60,922 nt of DNA from Patescibacteria group bacterium. Its GTDB lineage: Bacteria; Patescibacteriota; Minisyncoccia; Phycocordibacterales; Phycocordibacteraceae. The notes under the pieces are model-generated. The model worked only from the letters and a program-made list of their open reading frames with translations. It was not told where the DNA came from and did no database searches. Position numbers and translations under genes: made by a program. The stretch covers positions 1-60,922 of the forward strand of contig JAUPKX010000014.1 of NCBI GenBank assembly GCA_030837225.1, given 5' to 3'. Position 1 is the stretch's first letter. The number at the start of each line of letters is the position of its first letter. Positions 14,830 to 23,212 of this stretch are shown one piece after another.

Positions 14830-15756
14830 CTAGGAGTGCTTCATAAGCCATTGATAGATGTCCTCAAGTGCTTTCACGGCGTCTCCAGCTGCAATGTTGT
14901 TCTGATGGTAGAGCTCGTCGGTACAATCTCCCGCAGCCCACACGCCGTCTACAGACGTGTGCTGATTCCGGGGATCCGTTATAACGCGGCCAACCTCATC
15001 AAGATCCACAAGTCCCTTTGCATAGTCGGTGTTCGGAATAACCCCGACCTCAACAAAGACACCGGTAACGGGAAGCTCGGTAACAACCTCTGTCGTGCGA
15101 TCCTTAACGGTGAGCCCCGAGACGAACTTGTCGCCGAGTACCTCAACGGGCTCTGCGTTTAGCACGGTCTTCATGTTCGGATGCGCGAGCACCTTCTCGA
15201 CCGTTATTGCGTCGCCTTTGAAGGATGCGTGACGATGGATGAGTGTCACGGACTTTGCGTACGCAAGGAGCTGCGCAGCAGTCTCAAGGCCGGCATTCCC
15301 GCCACCCACAACTGCTACATCTTGGCCTGAGAATAGTGGGCCGTCGCAAGACGCACAGTACGTAACACCCATGTTCTCGAACTTCTCGGCACCAGGTACC
15401 AAAAGCTTCTTCCTTCCGGCTCCTGAAGCGAGAAGAACAGAGCGGCCGGTATAGGTCTTGCCGTTGCGTGTAGAGGCAGTAAACACCCCGTCAGCCTGTG
15501 TAAGGCCCTCCACACGATCTCCTTCTACTATCTCGAGCACGTCCTGCTTGTAGGCCTCAAGATGTGCCTTGAAGGACTTCTTAAGATCGTCCCCGTGTAT
15601 GTTCACGGTACCAATCCAGTTCTGGATACCGTCAGAGACTGTGGACTGGCCACCGATTTCTTCTGCTATGAGTACTGCTTTGAGACGTTTACGAGCGGCG
15701 TAGACGCCCGCAGCGACGCCCGCAGGTCCGCCGCCAATGATGATGAGATCGTTCAT
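14830..15756 (-). CDS. trxB: thioredoxin-disulfide reductase
   Basis: GGGPAG FAD motif, redox CASC (CxxC) motif and GGGNAG NADPH motif. TGcTATACT lies 6 nt upstream of the ATG. Confidence 0.9.
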   Translation of the reverse strand: MNDLIIIGGGPAGVAAGVYAARKRLKAVLIAEEIGGQSTVSDGIQNWIGTVNIHGDDLKKSFKAHLEAYKQDVLEIVEGDRVEGLTQADGVFTASTRNGKTYTGRSVLLASGAGRKKLLVPGAEKFENMGVTYCASCDGPLFSGQDVAVVGGGNAGLETAAQLLAYAKSVTLIHRHASFKGDAITVEKVLAHPNMKTVLNAEPVEVLGDKFVSGLTVKDRTTEVVTELPVTGVFVEVGVIPNTDYAKGLVDLDEVGRVITDPRNQHTSVDGVWAAGDCTDELYHQNNIAAGDAVKALEDIYQWLMKHS

Positions 15757-15762
15757 AGGGTC

Positions 15763-15771
15763 AGTATAGCA
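15763..15771 (-). promoter_or_regulatory. extended -10 box (TGcTATACT) 6 nt upstream of the trxB ATG
   Basis: Reverse complement of 15757-15771 reads TGCTATACTGACCCT, followed directly by ATG. Confidence 0.55.
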
Positions 15772-15811
15772 AAATCCCCTAGAGAGACTCTAGGGGATTT
15801 CGTCTACCTTC

Positions 15812-17092
15812 TTATTTCTTATGCCTTCGAAGGAAGCTTGGGATAGCGCCCCATGCCTCGTCTTCGTCCTCAGTCGCGTTCTGTTGTGCGGAAGGCGGGG
15901 TAACGGTCTTCTGGACCTGTACCTCCTCACGGCGCTGCGGCTGTGCGGTTACGAGAGGCTCTTCGCGACGCTTCTCAACCTTTGGCTCCTCAACGATAGG
16001 CTCAGGGAGCGGTGCCGGCTCCTCGCGGCGTCCCATATCGTTATAGATCTTCCCGCGGGTCTCCTCCTGCTCGGCAGGTGCCATAGCGAAAAGGGAACGC
16101 TCAATGCTGCCCTGACTGTGCTCGCCGTTGTCGCCCTCGGGGAAACCGGTTGCGATAACAATGATGCGGATCTGGCCCTTCTTGAGCTTCTCGTCGCGCA
16201 TGATACCGAAGATAACCTTGGCGGCTGGATCAACTGAGTCGGATACAACCTTCGCAGCCTCCTGGACCTCGAGGATACCCAGATCGTCAGCACCTGCCAC
16301 AACGAAGAGCACGCCCTTCGCGCCGGTAATAGAGACATCGAGAAGTGGGGAGTTAACGGCCTGCGCTGCTGCGTCTTGTGCACGGCGGTCGCCGTCAGCG
16401 ATACCGATACCCATGAGTGCGGGACCTGCACCCTCCATAATCGCCTTGATGTCGTTGAAGTCGGTGTTGATCTCTCCTGGGGTGGTGATGATATCAGAGA
16501 CGCCCTCAACTGCCTGGCGAAGGATCTCGTCGGCCATAGCGAACGCGGACTTCGCGGACGTCTGCGCCTCAACAATAGCGAGGAGCTTGTCGTTCGGAAT
16601 AACGATGAACGCATCTACTTCTTTCTTGAGCTCCATGAGACCGCGCTCAGCGAGCTCCTTGCGGTGCATACCCTCGAACATGAATGGGCGAGTAACAACC
16701 GCTACGGTAAGCGCACCGATCTCTTTTGCAATCCGTGCAACAACTGGTGCCGCGCCGGTTCCGGTGCCGCCTCCCATACCACAGGTGATGAAAACCATGT
16801 CTGAGCCCTGGAGTGCCTCCTGGATCTCCTGGCGAGTCTCTTCAGCAGCACGCTTGCCGAGTTCCGGATTCATGCCGGTACCAAGCCCGCGGGTCAGGTT
16901 CTTCCCGATGTGGATCTTCCGCTTCGCGAGGGAACGGTGAAGATCCTGCGCATCAGAGTTAACGGCGATGAATTCAACACCCTTCACCTTGGAATTAACC
17001 ATGTGATTCACGGCATTGCAGCCTGAGCCTCCGACTCCCACGACACGTATCCTGGCGAACGTCTCGACTTCTGGTTCTACTCGCTTTGACAT
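15812..17092 (-). CDS. ftsZ: cell division GTPase FtsZ
   Basis: GVGGSGCNAV and GGGTGTGAAP tubulin signature motifs. Confidence 0.95.
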   Translation of the reverse strand: MSKRVEPEVETFARIRVVGVGGSGCNAVNHMVNSKVKGVEFIAVNSDAQDLHRSLAKRKIHIGKNLTRGLGTGMNPELGKRAAEETRQEIQEALQGSDMVFITCGMGGGTGTGAAPVVARIAKEIGALTVAVVTRPFMFEGMHRKELAERGLMELKKEVDAFIVIPNDKLLAIVEAQTSAKSAFAMADEILRQAVEGVSDIITTPGEINTDFNDIKAIMEGAGPALMGIGIADGDRRAQDAAAQAVNSPLLDVSITGAKGVLFVVAGADDLGILEVQEAAKVVSDSVDPAAKVIFGIMRDEKLKKGQIRIIVIATGFPEGDNGEHSQGSIERSLFAMAPAEQEETRGKIYNDMGRREEPAPLPEPIVEEPKVEKRREEPLVTAQPQRREEVQVQKTVTPPSAQQNATEDEDEAWGAIPSFLRRHKK

Positions 17093-17216
17093 ATGGAGCT
17101 GTTAAATGGTCCCCTAATAAGTTCTGCCTCATCATACCAGGCAAATGCAGCATGCAAATACTGACAAAAATGGGAAACGTGCTGTAAAAAACAACACAAA
17201 AACACCGTGTATGCAG

Positions 17217-18392
17217 CTACGGAAGGAACTGTTTCAAAAACTTTTGCACGGTTGTCAAAAATTCGCCCATAACGAAACCGTCTTTCTTCTTCGGTGTTTC
17301 GGTGTCTCCCGTAAGACCCCATAACGCGAGCCCGTACGCAACCGCCCATGTCGCATCTTTTACTTTCGTGTCGCTCGAGACCTTAAGGTCAGCGATACGG
17401 GACGGAAGATTAAGCGTTCCTTTCGCAATGTCGCTAATAGACCCCTGGCCTGAAGCGCCGCCTGAGATAATGATGCCGGCAGGAAGGTTGCCGCGACGGC
17501 CGAGTACTTTCAAATGCTTGTCGATGAGCTCGAACATAGCGCGGAAACGTGCCGTAACAATCTCATCCACTTTCTTGCGCGGGTACATTGCGCCTCCTAG
17601 GCGCCCGAGCTTCAAACGCTCTGCGTCTTCAAGCGAAACCTTGAAGCCAAGCGCGAGGTCGTCCGTGATATTGGTGGAGCCAATAGGGAATACCTTTACA
17701 GAAATAGGGAGGCCCTCATCGTAGACAACGATAGACACGGTCTCTGCGCCAATGTTTGCGAGCACGCAGCCCTTCATCTTCTGGTCTTTGGTGAGCGTTA
17801 CGTATGAGCCAGCAAGGGGAGACGCCATCCGATCGATAACCTCAATGTTCGCTGCTTCCGTAGTCGCGGTCAGGACCTCTGCATGCTGCGTGAGGCAGGT
17901 AACGAAAAGATAGTCCGCGGTGAGGCGCGTGCCCTTGAGGCCAATGGGCTCGCCGAGCGACTTTGCCCCATCCACCCGGAACTCTACGGGAATCTCATGG
18001 AGAATGGTTCGATTCAAGAAGCTTGGTCTTGCAGCCTCGCGTGCAGTCTCAAGTACCTTTTCGAGGTCGAGGTCGGTTATTTCCTGATCAGCGCGAGAGA
18101 TAATGGTTTCGCCCGTAGCACGGATCTCGTCGAGGGATACGCCGCCTATAGCGAGGAATCCTCTCCTAATGGGAACTCGGGCAACCTGCTCAGCCTGAGC
18201 GCGTGCCTGACGCACGCTCTCTGCTGCATCCTCCGCATCCACCACGTACCCATGCCGCATGCCGCGGCTCTCACTGATGCCGGTCCCAATGATATGGAGC
18301 TCCGGTCCTGCCTCAGTCTGCACCTCTTCTACCACCACGACTTTCGTCTGGTGCGTGCCGATGTCGATGCCGGTAGCGATTCGTCGGGACAT
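17217..18392 (-). CDS. ftsA: cell division protein FtsA
   Basis: Actin-like ATPase fold (GIDIGTHQTKVVV, GGVSLD, ISGGASG) located immediately upstream of ftsZ. Confidence 0.9.
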   Translation of the reverse strand: MSRRIATGIDIGTHQTKVVVVEEVQTEAGPELHIIGTGISESRGMRHGYVVDAEDAAESVRQARAQAEQVARVPIRRGFLAIGGVSLDEIRATGETIISRADQEITDLDLEKVLETAREAARPSFLNRTILHEIPVEFRVDGAKSLGEPIGLKGTRLTADYLFVTCLTQHAEVLTATTEAANIEVIDRMASPLAGSYVTLTKDQKMKGCVLANIGAETVSIVVYDEGLPISVKVFPIGSTNITDDLALGFKVSLEDAERLKLGRLGGAMYPRKKVDEIVTARFRAMFELIDKHLKVLGRRGNLPAGIIISGGASGQGSISDIAKGTLNLPSRIADLKVSSDTKVKDATWAVAYGLALWGLTGDTETPKKKDGFVMGEFLTTVQKFLKQFLP

Positions 18393-18793
18393 TAAGAAGA
18401 GCGTTTTTTAGACTGACTAGTAAACCGCTTGAGGAGCAAGCGTTCCGTACGTTCCATTGTAGCCCCGTGGCGCTCTCCCTTCAAATGAAGGCATCCGTGG
18501 ATAAAGAGAAATCCAACGAATTCCGTATACGTCATGTCGTAGTCGGGTGCCTGTTTCTTCGCAACTTCAAGACAGATAACAATCTCGCCGGACTTTGTTC
18601 CTGATTCGTACGAGAGTACGTTCGGGACGTAGTCCTTCCCGCGCAACCGGATGTTCATAGACTGCGCACGCGTGGAGCCCGCAAACACCAAAGACATATC
18701 CCAGCCAGGCAACGCAGCCGCGAGAGCATCCTTGTATGGAAACTTTGGGATAGGAGACTTTGTAAAGTTCCGGGTGTCGAGCGTTGGGGGCAT
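18392..18793 (-). CDS. ybeY: rRNA maturation endoribonuclease YbeY
   Basis: HGCLHLKGERH zinc motif. The track ORF (to 19018) overruns rpsU, so the start was moved to MPPTLD, with TGcTATATC 8 nt upstream. The stop overlaps the ftsA start (TAATG). Confidence 0.85.
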   Translation of the reverse strand: MPPTLDTRNFTKSPIPKFPYKDALAAALPGWDMSLVFAGSTRAQSMNIRLRGKDYVPNVLSYESGTKSGEIVICLEVAKKQAPDYDMTYTEFVGFLFIHGCLHLKGERHGATMERTERLLLKRFTSQSKKRSS

Positions 18794-18811
18794 GTCTATA
18801 GGATATAGCAA

Positions 18812-18830
18812 AAAGCGCCCGAAGGCGCTT
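18812..18830 (-). terminator. hairpin after rpsU, immediately followed by the ybeY -10 box
   Basis: Reverse strand reads aagcgcc ttcg ggcgctt ttt, then TGCTATATC. Confidence 0.55.
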
Positions 18831-18836
18831 GTTGTT

Positions 18837-19097
18837 CTACTTGCGGCCGCGGGTCTTTCGGGCTGCTGGGTCGATCTTGCCGAGCTTAACCTGCTCGTTG
18901 TACTCCGCGATGCGCTCGCCACGGACCATAGCGCGAGCGTGATCCACGTTCTTGGACTTAGAACGGACGTAGTAACGGCGCTTCCTGAGTGCACGAACGA
19001 GACCGAGGCCTTGGCCACGGCGGGAGAAACGGCGGATAAGAGAAGCTGCGCTCTCGTTCTTAGCGCGGCGGACCTCTACGCGTACGGCGTTTTGCAT
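18837..19097 (-). CDS. rpsU: 30S ribosomal protein S21-like
   Basis: 86 aa basic protein with VEVRRAKNESAASLIRRFSRR...RKRRYYVRSKSK, resembling bS21. TGcTATGTT lies 6 nt upstream of the ATG. Confidence 0.65.
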   Translation of the reverse strand: MQNAVRVEVRRAKNESAASLIRRFSRRGQGLGLVRALRKRRYYVRSKSKNVDHARAMVRGERIAEYNEQVKLGKIDPAARKTRGRK

Positions 19098-19188
19098 GTA
19101 AGAAACATAGCATATGGGGGTGTTTCCTGTCTAGGATGGGTGCAGAAACGCCCGCCGAGTCGTGAGACTGGGCGGGCGCTGGGCTCCC

Positions 19189-19473
19189 CTAGGGAGCTTT
19201 GCTCAGGTCTCGAAGACCGTGGCAGAAGAAGTTGGATGCGACAGCCGCCAGAATAACCGGGGCCAGGGTGCCGAGCAGGCCGCCATCGATTGGGGGTGAT
19301 TCCTGGAGCGGATGCAGGGTAGCTCCGGTCCTGGAAGACTCCAGCATGACGCTCGAGTAATCCAGAGCTGCATTGTAGGCACTGGACCACTGGAGCATCA
19401 ACAAGATGCTGGATATGAAGACGGCGACGCCGAGCAGGATGAAGAAAAGAGCGATGGAACGTTCACGATTCAT
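19189..19473 (-). CDS. small two-helix membrane protein, hypothetical
   Basis: GGGAGG with a 5 nt spacer before the ATG. Hydrophobic segments SIALFFILLGVAVFISSILLML and LLGTLAPVILAAVASNFF. G+C-rich. Confidence 0.5.
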   Translation of the reverse strand: MNRERSIALFFILLGVAVFISSILLMLQWSSAYNAALDYSSVMLESSRTGATLHPLQESPPIDGGLLGTLAPVILAAVASNFFCHGLRDLSKAP

Positions 19474-19539
19474 TGCGGCCTCCCAGCCAGTGAAGTTGCT
19501 ACTGAAAGCAGTATAGCAGAATCTAAATATTTGTCAAGT

Positions 19540-20697
19540 CTACGCAACAATCTTCAATCTTTCAATAAGAGACGAGAGTGGAATGAACGTTTCCGTATGG
19601 GTGGAGCGCTCCCGGAGTATCACATTCCCTTCAAGCGCCTCCTTGCGGCCCATAATAAGCAGGTACTGCGGGTTCGAGACCTCAGCCAAGCGCATCTGCT
19701 CAGACAAAGACGCGATGCCCATAGCCTGCGTCATAGGAATACGCGCGCGGCGAAGATCGTCTGCCATCTTCATGCTCTCGCGCTTGGCCTCGTCTCCTAT
19801 GTGCACGAATACAAACCGAGGAGCAGCGCGTTCCTTAACGGGCGCAATTGGTTCGCGGTTCGCCGTATTGATGCGGATAACGGCGCCAATCGAGTGCACC
19901 GAAGACTTGAAGAAGGGACGAGCGAGCTCGTTATATCGAGAACCCCAGGCGCTCACGCTCCCGTCTCCGTTAGGTACAGAAAGATCGAAGCAGGTCTCTG
20001 CCCACGAGGATCCGTGCGAGAGAAGGTCCGGTGCGAGCTCGTATGGGGTGTCGGTAGTCTCAAGGTACTCAAGCACGCACTCGAAGTGCTTGCGACTTGC
20101 TTCGGAGAGGTGATCAGTTGGAGACGGAAGATGTTCAGAATCTTCTTTCGAGCGTGCGAGCATTTGTGCCGCCTCGAGAATGTCGCCATCCTTTGCGCAG
20201 TTAACGCACTCCTCAGGAAGAACCGGCCCGTGCTTGCGGAAGAACTGGGTAAGCTCGCGGGCAAAGCGACTCCTGGTCTCCTTGTCTCCCATGCTGTTGA
20301 GCTTTAGGTGTGGCTCAGTCTTTGTGAGGTCTTGCATAAGGGCGCGTACCGCGCGGATGAGTACCGCGTCGCCGATAGCGTGTTCAACACCCAGCACATG
20401 GAATTGGATAACGATCTGCTTTGGTGCGGGGCGGCCCGCAGCTGCGTTTGAGTGCCAGAAGAAAAGCGGCTGAAGTGCGGATGGGGTAATTCCTGAGTCA
20501 CGGACCTGTTTCAGAAGCGCTACAACGTCCTTTGCAGCTGGATCAAGTGAATCAAGTGCATACCCATCTGGGTATGGTGCTTTCACGTTCTGGCCACGTC
20601 TTGCGTGCGTGAGGGTTGAGAGCGGTGCAAAGCCGTAGTAGTTGCCGATCGCGTGCGCACGCTTGAGAACATCGGAGGGAAGAAGCGTGGTTGGCAT
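19540..20697 (-). CDS. histidyl-tRNA synthetase-like protein with degenerate catalytic motifs
   Basis: Class II HisRS architecture including the C-terminal anticodon-binding domain (RFVFVHIGDEAKRESMKMADDLRRARIP...YLLIMGRKEALEGNVILRER). However, the motif 2, RGLDYY and GGGRYD positions read FFWHSNAAAGRPAPKQIVIQ, SHGSSWAE and AWGSRYNE. Confidence 0.55.
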   Translation of the reverse strand: MPTTLLPSDVLKRAHAIGNYYGFAPLSTLTHARRGQNVKAPYPDGYALDSLDPAAKDVVALLKQVRDSGITPSALQPLFFWHSNAAAGRPAPKQIVIQFHVLGVEHAIGDAVLIRAVRALMQDLTKTEPHLKLNSMGDKETRSRFARELTQFFRKHGPVLPEECVNCAKDGDILEAAQMLARSKEDSEHLPSPTDHLSEASRKHFECVLEYLETTDTPYELAPDLLSHGSSWAETCFDLSVPNGDGSVSAWGSRYNELARPFFKSSVHSIGAVIRINTANREPIAPVKERAAPRFVFVHIGDEAKRESMKMADDLRRARIPMTQAMGIASLSEQMRLAEVSNPQYLLIMGRKEALEGNVILRERSTHTETFIPLSSLIERLKIVA

Positions 20698-20703
20698 AGT
20701 GTT

Positions 20704-21255
20704 TTATTGAACCTCTGGTACAGCACCCGGCAGCACGCCTATAGAATCGAACGGCAGCAGCCTCACGTAGGCGCGCCCCATAAGGTCGCGCTCTGGAAGT
20801 GCTCCCCATGTGCGAGAATCCGAGCTCTTTGGACGATTGTCACCCATAACGAAGTATTCTCCTTCGCCAAGAGAGCGATCAAGGGTGTAGGTAGCGTCTT
20901 CAGAGACCACATACGACTCATCAAGCTCGATCCTGGCGCCATCTATCTTTGTTACGAAGGTTTTTCCTTGCTCGATATGCACTGTTTCTCCAGGAAGACC
21001 GATAAGGCGCTTTATATAAAACACGGATTCGTCGTTTGGATACCGGAATACCACAACGTCGCCGCGCCTAGGCTCACCAACGCGATACGAAAGCTGATCA
21101 ACGATTAAATAATCGCCGCTATCAAAGGTTGGATACATGCTTTCGCCTTCAACAACGAATGGTTGTGCGACAAAGAGGCGGATGGGGACGACGATGACTA
21201 CAGCAAGGACAACGAAAGTGATGATCTCACGAAACGCGGTCCCAAGAACGTTCAT
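20704..21255 (-). CDS. lepB: signal peptidase I
   Basis: GESMYPTF (catalytic Ser), YIKRLIGLPGE (catalytic Lys) and GDNRPKSSDSR boxes. TACAAT lies 6 nt upstream of the ATG. Confidence 0.9.
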   Translation of the reverse strand: MNVLGTAFREIITFVVLAVVIVVPIRLFVAQPFVVEGESMYPTFDSGDYLIVDQLSYRVGEPRRGDVVVFRYPNDESVFYIKRLIGLPGETVHIEQGKTFVTKIDGARIELDESYVVSEDATYTLDRSLGEGEYFVMGDNRPKSSDSRTWGALPERDLMGRAYVRLLPFDSIGVLPGAVPEVQ

Positions 21256-21355
21256 GAGGGCATTGTATTCCTATGAAATCGCACGTCAACTTTTGTACTA
21301 AATTGCACATAAAGATAAACTGAAATTGAAAGTCATTTATACAAATAAATCATAA

Positions 21356-21381
21356 GGGCTCCAGCAGAATTGCTGGAGCCC
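21356..21381 (-). terminator. hairpin terminator downstream of 21401..21748
   Basis: gggctccagca gaat tgctggagccc. Confidence 0.6.
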
Positions 21382-21400
21382 CCGTATTCTTGGCGGAGGA

Positions 21401-21748
21401 TTAAGCCGCCTTCAGACTGACCACCGTAACTGGCGTGCTGATATCCCACCTAACCAGGCCGTTGCCGAATGCGCGGCGGAGCAGATCGGTGTATTTGTGA
21501 TAGAAGTCCTGATGTTCACGCTCGAAGTCCTTTTCGCCCGGAAGGGCGTAGAGGAAGTCGATGGCGACCATGTAGTCGGTCTCGCGAGCATCTGCGCCGG
21601 TGCAGTCACGCACTGCCAGATAACGGAATCTATGTCCGACACTGCTAGACATCCATTCCTGGGCCTGGAACAGAACGGATTTCACGTTCTCTCCTCTGAT
21701 CTTGAACTGGCCGCCGACGACATCATCCATTTGTTGGCTTAAAGCCAT
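21401..21748 (-). CDS. hypothetical protein (115 aa)
   Basis: AGGAG with a 7 nt spacer before the ATG and a terminator hairpin downstream. No family recognised. Confidence 0.5.
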   Translation of the reverse strand: MALSQQMDDVVGGQFKIRGENVKSVLFQAQEWMSSSVGHRFRYLAVRDCTGADARETDYMVAIDFLYALPGEKDFEREHQDFYHKYTDLLRRAFGNGLVRWDISTPVTVVSLKAA

Positions 21749-21887
21749 GGTAGTTCTCCTAGACTAGAAAGGACTTGAAGGTACGCCAGGACTGGAGTAC
21801 TTATACATAGTACAGTAATAAAGTATTTTGTCAATCACAGGAGGTCAGTTTAAAGGTATACAAACTCAGGGTGCTAGAATTGTGGTC

Positions 21888-22487
21888 ATGGCACACGTCA
21901 TCATTGGCCTCGGCAATCCTGGAGGGGAATATATGAACACGCGGCACAATGCCGGGAGGATGGCAGCGGAACTATTTGCAAAACAGGAAGGACTCTCTGA
22001 GTTCAAACTGAAGAAGACCGCACAGGCACTTCTTTCAGAAGGATCCGTAGACGGGACGAAGGTGCAGGTAGCACTTCCGGAGGTCTACATGAACCTCTCA
22101 GGCAAAAGCGCACTCGCGTTAGTGAAGAGCAAGCCCGCAGCAAAGAAGCTTCTCGTTATTCGCGACGATCTTGATCTGCCGCTTGGCGCCATTAAGATGA
22201 CAACCTATGGACGCGGTGCAGGCGGACACAAGGGTGCTGAAAGCATCATGCGCGCGCTTAAGACCAAGGACTTCGCACAGATGAAGATTGGTATCGCAGG
22301 ACAAACGCCCAAAGGAAAACTAAAGAAAGTGTCGGGAGAGGAGAAGGTAATCAAGCATGTAATCGGGAAGTTCAGGCCGGCAGAAGAGGTTCTTCTTAAA
22401 AAGACTTTGAAGAAGGCCGCTGAAGCTGTGCACCTTTTTGTTACGGACGGGATTGAGAAGGCAATGCTCGTCGCCAATACCCGCTAA
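21888..22487 (+). CDS. pth: peptidyl-tRNA hydrolase
   Basis: MAHVIIGLGNPG...TRHNAG...DDLDLPLG motifs. Start moved to this Met, with TAGAAT 7 nt upstream. Confidence 0.9.
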   Translation: MAHVIIGLGNPGGEYMNTRHNAGRMAAELFAKQEGLSEFKLKKTAQALLSEGSVDGTKVQVALPEVYMNLSGKSALALVKSKPAAKKLLVIRDDLDLPLGAIKMTTYGRGAGGHKGAESIMRALKTKDFAQMKIGIAGQTPKGKLKKVSGEEKVIKHVIGKFRPAEEVLLKKTLKKAAEAVHLFVTDGIEKAMLVANTR

Positions 22488-22552
22488 TTGCTCTTGGCGG
22501 CGATTAGTTGCATACTCCGGCCAGGACTGTTCCAAATGATTGGGGGATATAC

Positions 22553-23158
22553 GTGACTAGCAAAAAACGCAAGAAGCGGATTCCTTCGGGTATTCGCAAG
22601 GTGAAGAGCCTTAAAACACTCCGTAGTTTGCTGCAGCGCCACGGCGTCTGCTACGCAGACTGGGGCACTGGGTATACCAAATCGCCCCATGATCTGATGA
22701 AGGAGGTCAGACTGGGCGAATCCATACTCATTGTGAGACGCAGCAAACTCATTCGTCAGGTGCGTCATGCGCAGGCCGATATAACTGGTGAGATCGTTGG
22801 TGTTCTCCATACTCTTATCGAGTCGCACCAGATATTCGCGGGCGGCATCGAGCGTCCACGAGAGGGCGACCGCAGCGTTAGCGAGAAGATACAGTCTGGC
22901 GAGTCGCCGAAGGCTGCGATGATACGAGGGATCCAGGAAGAACTCGGCCTCGCTGACTTCGCAGGCAAAGGACTCATCCGGGATTCTCGTCGTCCGCGTA
23001 AGCGCTACAAGGATTCTGCCGTCTCCTATCCTGGACTCGCTGTCGAACACATTGAATTCCAGTTTACGTGGCGTATGCCTACCGAGTACATTGAGCCTCT
23101 CGGGTATGTCGAAACGCAAAGGCGCAAGACAACCTATTTCGTCTGGAAAGAAGCCTAG
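22553..23158 (+). CDS. Nudix-like protein with a partly conserved Nudix box; the strand choice is uncertain
   Basis: SGESPKAAMIRGIQEELGL fits Gx5Ex7REUxEExGU except that RE reads RG. Same direction as pth and ends just before the shared hairpin 23172-23199. GTG start follows GGGGGAtatac. A fully overlapping antisense ORF also exists. Confidence 0.45.
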   Translation: MTSKKRKKRIPSGIRKVKSLKTLRSLLQRHGVCYADWGTGYTKSPHDLMKEVRLGESILIVRRSKLIRQVRHAQADITGEIVGVLHTLIESHQIFAGGIERPREGDRSVSEKIQSGESPKAAMIRGIQEELGLADFAGKGLIRDSRRPRKRYKDSAVSYPGLAVEHIEFQFTWRMPTEYIEPLGYVETQRRKTTYFVWKEA

Positions 23159-23171
23159 GCTATCTACCGAA

Positions 23172-23199
23172 AACGCCCGGAACGAAAGTTCCGGGCGTT
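23172..23199. terminator. 12 bp hairpin between convergent genes
   Basis: aacgcccggaac gaaa gttccgggcgtt; T-run on the reverse strand, downstream of rpsA. Confidence 0.7.
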
Positions 23200-23212
23200 A
23201 TCAGTTTACTTA

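Noticed and set aside
18794-19018. N-terminal 75 codons of track ORF 18392..19018
   Set aside because: They overlap the rpsU coding region in another frame and are Ser/Ala/Thr-rich. The YbeY homology begins at the Met at 18793, which has its own -10 box.
22484-23119. 211 aa reverse-strand ORF overlapping the Nudix-like plus-strand ORF
   Set aside because: It is provisionally treated as the shadow frame. It is in the second-position-aligned antisense register, it would begin right after the rpsA terminator, and no motif was recognised in it. It is kept as a finding because the call is not certain.
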